NCBI GenBank assembly: GCA_951406725.2
Contig: OX597832.1
Span: 46,872,001-46,936,000 of the forward strand
Direction: 5' to 3'
DNA: 64,000 bases
Source: Octopus vulgaris
Lineage: Eukaryota
The position numbers were made by a program, and so were the translations under genes. Under the pieces are notes generated by a model, which was given only the letters and a program-made list of their open reading frames with translations, had not been told where the DNA came from and did no database searches. Of this stretch, positions 58,068 through 64,000 are shown in pieces. How positions within the stretch are numbered: position 1 is the first letter of the stretch; the number at the start of each line of letters is the position of its first letter.

Positions 58068-58213
58068 TTTACGTTCTGAGTTCAAATTCCGCCAAGGTCG
58101 ACTTTGCTTTTCATCCTTTTTTACGCACTGGGGTCGATGTAATCGACGTAATTCGTTTGTCTGTCCTTGTTTGTCCCCTCTATGTTTTATCCCCTTGTGG
58201 GTAGTAAAGAAAC
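58068..58213 (+). mobile_element. SINE group B, truncated with internal deletion
   Basis: B box through 3' end. Confidence 0.85.
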
Positions 58214-58218
58214 ATATA

Positions 58219-58312
<94 letters not shown>

Positions 58313-58317
58313 CATAT

Positions 58318-58478
58318 ATACGACGGGCTTCTTTCAGTTTCCGTCTACCAAATCCACTCACAAGGCTTTGGTCGGCCCGAGGGTATAGTAGAAGATACTT
58401 GGCCAAGGTGCCACGCAAAGGGACTGAACCTGGAACCATGTGGTTGGTAAGCAAGTTACTTACCACACAGCCACTCAT
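58318..58478 (-). mobile_element. SINE group C, 5' half
   Basis: Head plus CORE-like segment up to the microsatellite. Confidence 0.88.
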
Positions 58479-58503
58479 ATACATGTATACATATATACAT
58501 ATA

Positions 58504-58553
<50 letters not shown>

Positions 58554-58589
58554 CATATATGAGTGACGGGGTTCGCTACCATACAACCA

Positions 58590-58626
<37 letters not shown>

Positions 58627-59034
58627 GTATAAAATTTTTTTAAATGGGACAAGAACGCAAAACATCCAGACACACACACAGATGTGTATGTATGTGTTAT
58701 TAAACGGTCGTTGAAGGCGAAGTATGTGTTAATAGTTGTCTTCTTATCCCTCGCATGGAGAAACATGTATCCTGTAATTCATAGGTCTTGTCTTGTTACA
58801 ACGTGTCACGCTGAATCCGCTGAGAATTATGTTAAGTTTCGATGCGCTTGAAGATATTCAGTCACTTAAAAGATATTTTAATGACACTGATATGACAGTC
58901 GAGAAGATAACTGCAAATACACAGTCGGAAATTGTGACCATTTTTAATAGGTATATTTGATTTAGTTCGTCCAAAAGATTTAATCTAAGCTCGCAATTTC
59001 GACTTACTATAAAAGGTAGATATTAAACACACAT

Positions 59035-59096
<62 letters not shown>

Positions 59097-59261
59097 TTAC
59101 CGTATTTAGTTGTGCAAAAGTCGCTCCCTTAACTTGGTATTAAAGCTCGGTGCAAAATTTCTCCCCTTTATAGTTTTAATGTTGTACAATGTCTAAGTCG
59201 CACCCCAATTTTTTCATTTAACATCAAATATAAAATAGTGCGAACTATACACGAGTAAATA

Positions 59262-59705
<444 letters not shown>

Positions 59706-60140
59706 AGCAGTGTATCAACTGGCACATAAATATATATATATATTCACACAAACGAATCATAAAGGAAAATCCATCAATGCAATTCGCAGAATGACAGATG
59801 TGATATCGAACTACACAACTTCGGGTAGAATCTAACCTGAACGTTCTGTCATCTACAGGTTCGTTCTTGGACGAAGTCAAACGAAATAGAAAGTAATATT
59901 CAAGACAAAAGAAATTGCCTGCTACGGTATGATGTGTGATGTCCAAAGTTATAGCGCAGTTCCTGTCTTTTGTGTGCATGTTAGTATATATGCGCATATA
60001 TATGTATATGTGTGTGTGTGTGTGTGTGTTTGTGTGCGTGCGTTTGTATTTGTGTGTATGTGTGTGTATGTGTGTATGTGTTAGTGCGTATGTATTTATG
60101 TATGTATGTGTTTCACTTCACAGTTTGTATTAGTAGATGG

Positions 60141-60231
<91 letters not shown>

Positions 60232-60307
60232 TGTGTTTGAGTGTATGTATGAATAGATGGTGATGTATATATATATATGTATACATATATGTATATATGT
60301 ATAAATG

Positions 60308-60347
<40 letters not shown>

Positions 60348-60393
60348 CATACATATATGTGCATATATATATGCATATATATATATATATATG

Positions 60394-60468
<75 letters not shown>

Positions 60469-60513
60469 ATGTGTGTATGTATGTGTATGTATATATATAT
60501 ATTTATATATATA

Positions 60514-60565
<52 letters not shown>

Positions 60566-61307
60566 TATTATAATCTATAAATGTATGCATAGGTATATGT
60601 TTAAATGTTTGTCTATTCGTGGTGGTATCTTGGAAAATAAGTCTTTCTTGTACACTTTTGTTACTCTTAACAGAAATCACTTGGAGCTTCTCTTACGACA
60701 GAAAATCGATTCCCTGGCTTCTTACGTTCATACAATCGTCGTGTCAACGTTTTGCTTTTGTATTTATGAATGCGAGCGTACATTTGTTTGTGTACGCTTC
60801 TTATATGTAGGAAGAAATGCAAAATGGTAAACTGCACATGTACGTCTGTGTGTGTTTAAATGTATGTTTACGAGTTCTTGTGTGTCTGAGGTGGGTTGTT
60901 GTGTTTTAATCTCTCCGCTTTTCTTGCCTGTATTTCATTTCTGTGCGAGTAGTTTGTATACGGTTTTACAATAAATATGATTTTGACTGTATGGAATGCT
61001 TGCTTACATAATTCACACATTAACGATATCAGTAGGCATCTCTCTTAGGACGACGCGTATGTACGTGTATACGGGTGTTTGAGAATGAGTGTATATTTGT
61101 GAGTCATTGTGTGTGTGTGTGTGGGCATGTGTGTGCAAATGTGTGTATGTGTCTTTCAGCATTTTCTCCAAAGTGAGTATCTGAACTCTTATGGCGGTTT
61201 CAAACTCGGAGTGGTGAAACTCCTCCAGAGCACCAAACAATCTATACTACACACTTATATGCGCGTACATAAACATGTGTGTTGTTGCGTTTTTTTTTTA
61301 TATATTT

Positions 61308-61706
61308 CACTCTTTTTACTCTTTCACTTGTTTCAGTCATTTGACTGCGGCCATGCTGGAGCACCGCCTTTAGTCGAGCAAATCGACTCCAGGACTTATT
61401 CATTGTAGTACTTATTCTATCGGTTCTTTTGCCGAACCGCTATGTTACGGCGACATAAACACACCAGTATCGGTTGTCAAGCGATGTTGGGAGGACAAAC
61501 ACAGACACACAAACATATACATATACACATATATGCATATATACGACAGGCTTCTTTCAGTTTCCGTCTACCAAATCCACTCACAAGGCTTTGGTCGACC
61601 CGAAGCTATAGTAAAAGACACTTGCCCAAGGTGCCACGCAGTGGAATGAACCCGGAACCATGTGGTTGGTAAGCAAGCAACTTACCACACAGACAATCCT
61701 ACGCCT
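61308..61706 (-). mobile_element. SINE group C, full length
   Basis: Group C sequence. Confidence 0.92.
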
Positions 61707-62367
61707 ATATATTTATATATGTATGTTATATACGTATGTGTAGTTGAAGAAAAGAATTCCTAATATTGCATGTAGTTTATCACCTCCGTGCGTTTCGATA
61801 CTACGTTGTGTATATACATCTTGGTATAATCAACAGTCAATATAAATATTAATTATATAATACTACAATATATTCTCATACGATAAAAGTTCAAAGGTTC
61901 CATCTATAGTAGATACACTTTCAAAAACAATCTATTGCAAGTTCATAAAAGGGTTGTCTTTTCTCCTCCCCCTCATCTCTCTCTCTCTCCCTCGGTCTCT
62001 CTCTCGTCGGCATTTACTATAATTATCTTCACTATTTTTTCTCATTCCCTCATCTGTAAACTTCTTTTAATCATTTCCACCATTTTAAAAAATTTTTATA
62101 TATCTCCGCCTTATGATAAAAACAATTATAATTTTAAAGAAATGAACAAAAAACGTAGTTTACTTCCATGAAGAAGGTTATCAGATCACAATGTTTTCAA
62201 AAGTCACTCTTCTCTATCTTTCGATCGTCCGTTTATGAGCTTTGAAACGTTTGTTAAACGTTTTGAAGTGATATCACTATTTATGTATTCTGACCTTCTA
62301 TACCAAATGTATCACAGCTCACTAATAATTTGCCTTTTTATATATGTTTAAGAGATTTGTTTTAAAG

Positions 62368-62385
62368 TTAGAAAAAAAACCCACT

Positions 62386-62425
<40 letters not shown>

Positions 62426-62446
62426 TAATATATATATATATATATT

Positions 62447-62483
<37 letters not shown>

Positions 62484-62499
62484 AGTGTGTATTTTTCTA

Positions 62500-62500
<1 letters not shown>
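62368..62500. repeat. Diverged fold-back palindrome centred on (TA)n
   Basis: TTAGAAAA..CACTGAAC(TC)n TTAA(TA)n TTAA(AG)n TTCAGTG..TTTTCTAA. Confidence 0.85.
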
Positions 62501-62582
<82 letters not shown>

Positions 62583-63717
62583 AAAGGCAAGGTAATGAAT
62601 TATATTACCACGTGAAGAGTATAATTTCTGTTTGTATAAAACGTATTTCCAAACAACCACTCAATATTCTTAGGAAAATACTCGTAGATTTAGGTCCTTC
62701 ATTCAAATAGAGTAGGAACCGCACATAATGATGCACGAGTATTTGTAGTCTTCAAAGAAGCCATTTTGCATAACAAAAATACACTACATAATGTTATGAG
62801 GTTTATTACACTATATCCAAAATTCCAATTGAGAAATTTACTCTTCCAATTTGTAACATTGCTGTTACGCCCTGATCATAAATATACGTATATATTCAGC
62901 TGAAATTGACTGAAAATAAGCTATTCAAGACGAACAATATTTGCAAATACGCTTTTATTCATAAATATAAAGTTATGATGATGAATATTTCAAATAACCA
63001 GAAAAAAAATAATATTTACACATTTACCATCTCAATGACAATCGTTTAAGAGAAAAATCAGTTACCTATGTAACAACTGTCATATTTAATATTATGGAAT
63101 GACACCACTCAATTTAAAGTTGGATATTAGCACCATAATTATACATTTAGAATATTACATAGAAGATTCTTCTATATTTCAGTAATACATCAATGGGCTT
63201 GAAAAATAATGATTTAGTGCATGATATTTGAATGGTGGATTTTAGTGATATCTGTGCATTTGAAAAACTAATTTGTTGAAAGCAACGAAAATATTTATTT
63301 TAAAATCATTAATTTTAGAATGTACTTTTATTATATTGAAACTAATTAAGCACATCGGGCTAATTCATTTCTCGCTACATAAGCGAAAATGTTTCGATAA
63401 ATACCATAATGTTAAAACCGAATGTACTTACATTTTCCTTTTTACTAATGAATTTAGTCTGAAATATTATAATATCATTAGCGTAACCTCCGTTTAAACA
63501 ATGTTCTTCTGGCTTTTACATACTCCGAAATTTTACAAGTTAAGCTTTATCATTAGACCGAATAAATACACGGAGCGGGAAATACAAAAAGTTTCTATGT
63601 GTATTTAGTGGTTTTCACTATACCTGACATCATAAGACAGCAGCAACTACGCCAAAGGTTAAATACTGGGGTCTTTTTAAATGGACTAAAGCTCTTCCCT
63701 AAATTTCAGAAACTGCA

Positions 63718-63766
<49 letters not shown>

Positions 63767-63922
63767 TATACATACATATATAAGTATGTGTGTGTCTCTG
63801 TGTGTGTGTTTGTGCGTGTGTGTGTAAGATAAACAAACAGATATGCATACACATACACACACACATATATATATACATTTACATACATACAAATATCGAT
63901 ATACCTGTATTTATGAATATCT

Positions 63923-63989
<67 letters not shown>

Positions 63990-64000
63990 TATATATACAT

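Overview
AT-rich eukaryotic non-coding DNA, very dense in microsatellites ((TA)n, (CATA)n, (GATA)n, (ATT)n, (GA)n). The repeat landscape points to a cephalopod, probably Octopus (inference from recalled SINE sequences, not a database result). I find no credible host protein-coding gene: almost all listed ORFs are microsatellite read-throughs. Identifiable content: (1) many tRNA-derived SINEs in four groups, with clear module and tail swapping; (2) decayed CR1-like and RTE-like LINE ends; (3) Tc1/mariner remnants, a GG-ended MITE with an 8-bp TSD, and a hAT-like MITE; (4) fold-back palindromes centred on (TA)n; (5) a 100-N gap. The most notable signal is a set of short non-coding elements embedded in (TA)n tracts. 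Together they carry about 12 type I hammerhead-ribozyme motifs with short, self-complementary stem III, the architecture of dimer-cleaving hammerheads in Penelope-like elements and retrozymes. They include one fully canonical ribozyme (23516-23597), a U3-A8 covariant pair in an inverted repeat, and a family with a fixed A6-to-U core change. All folds were read by eye; none was computed or tested.
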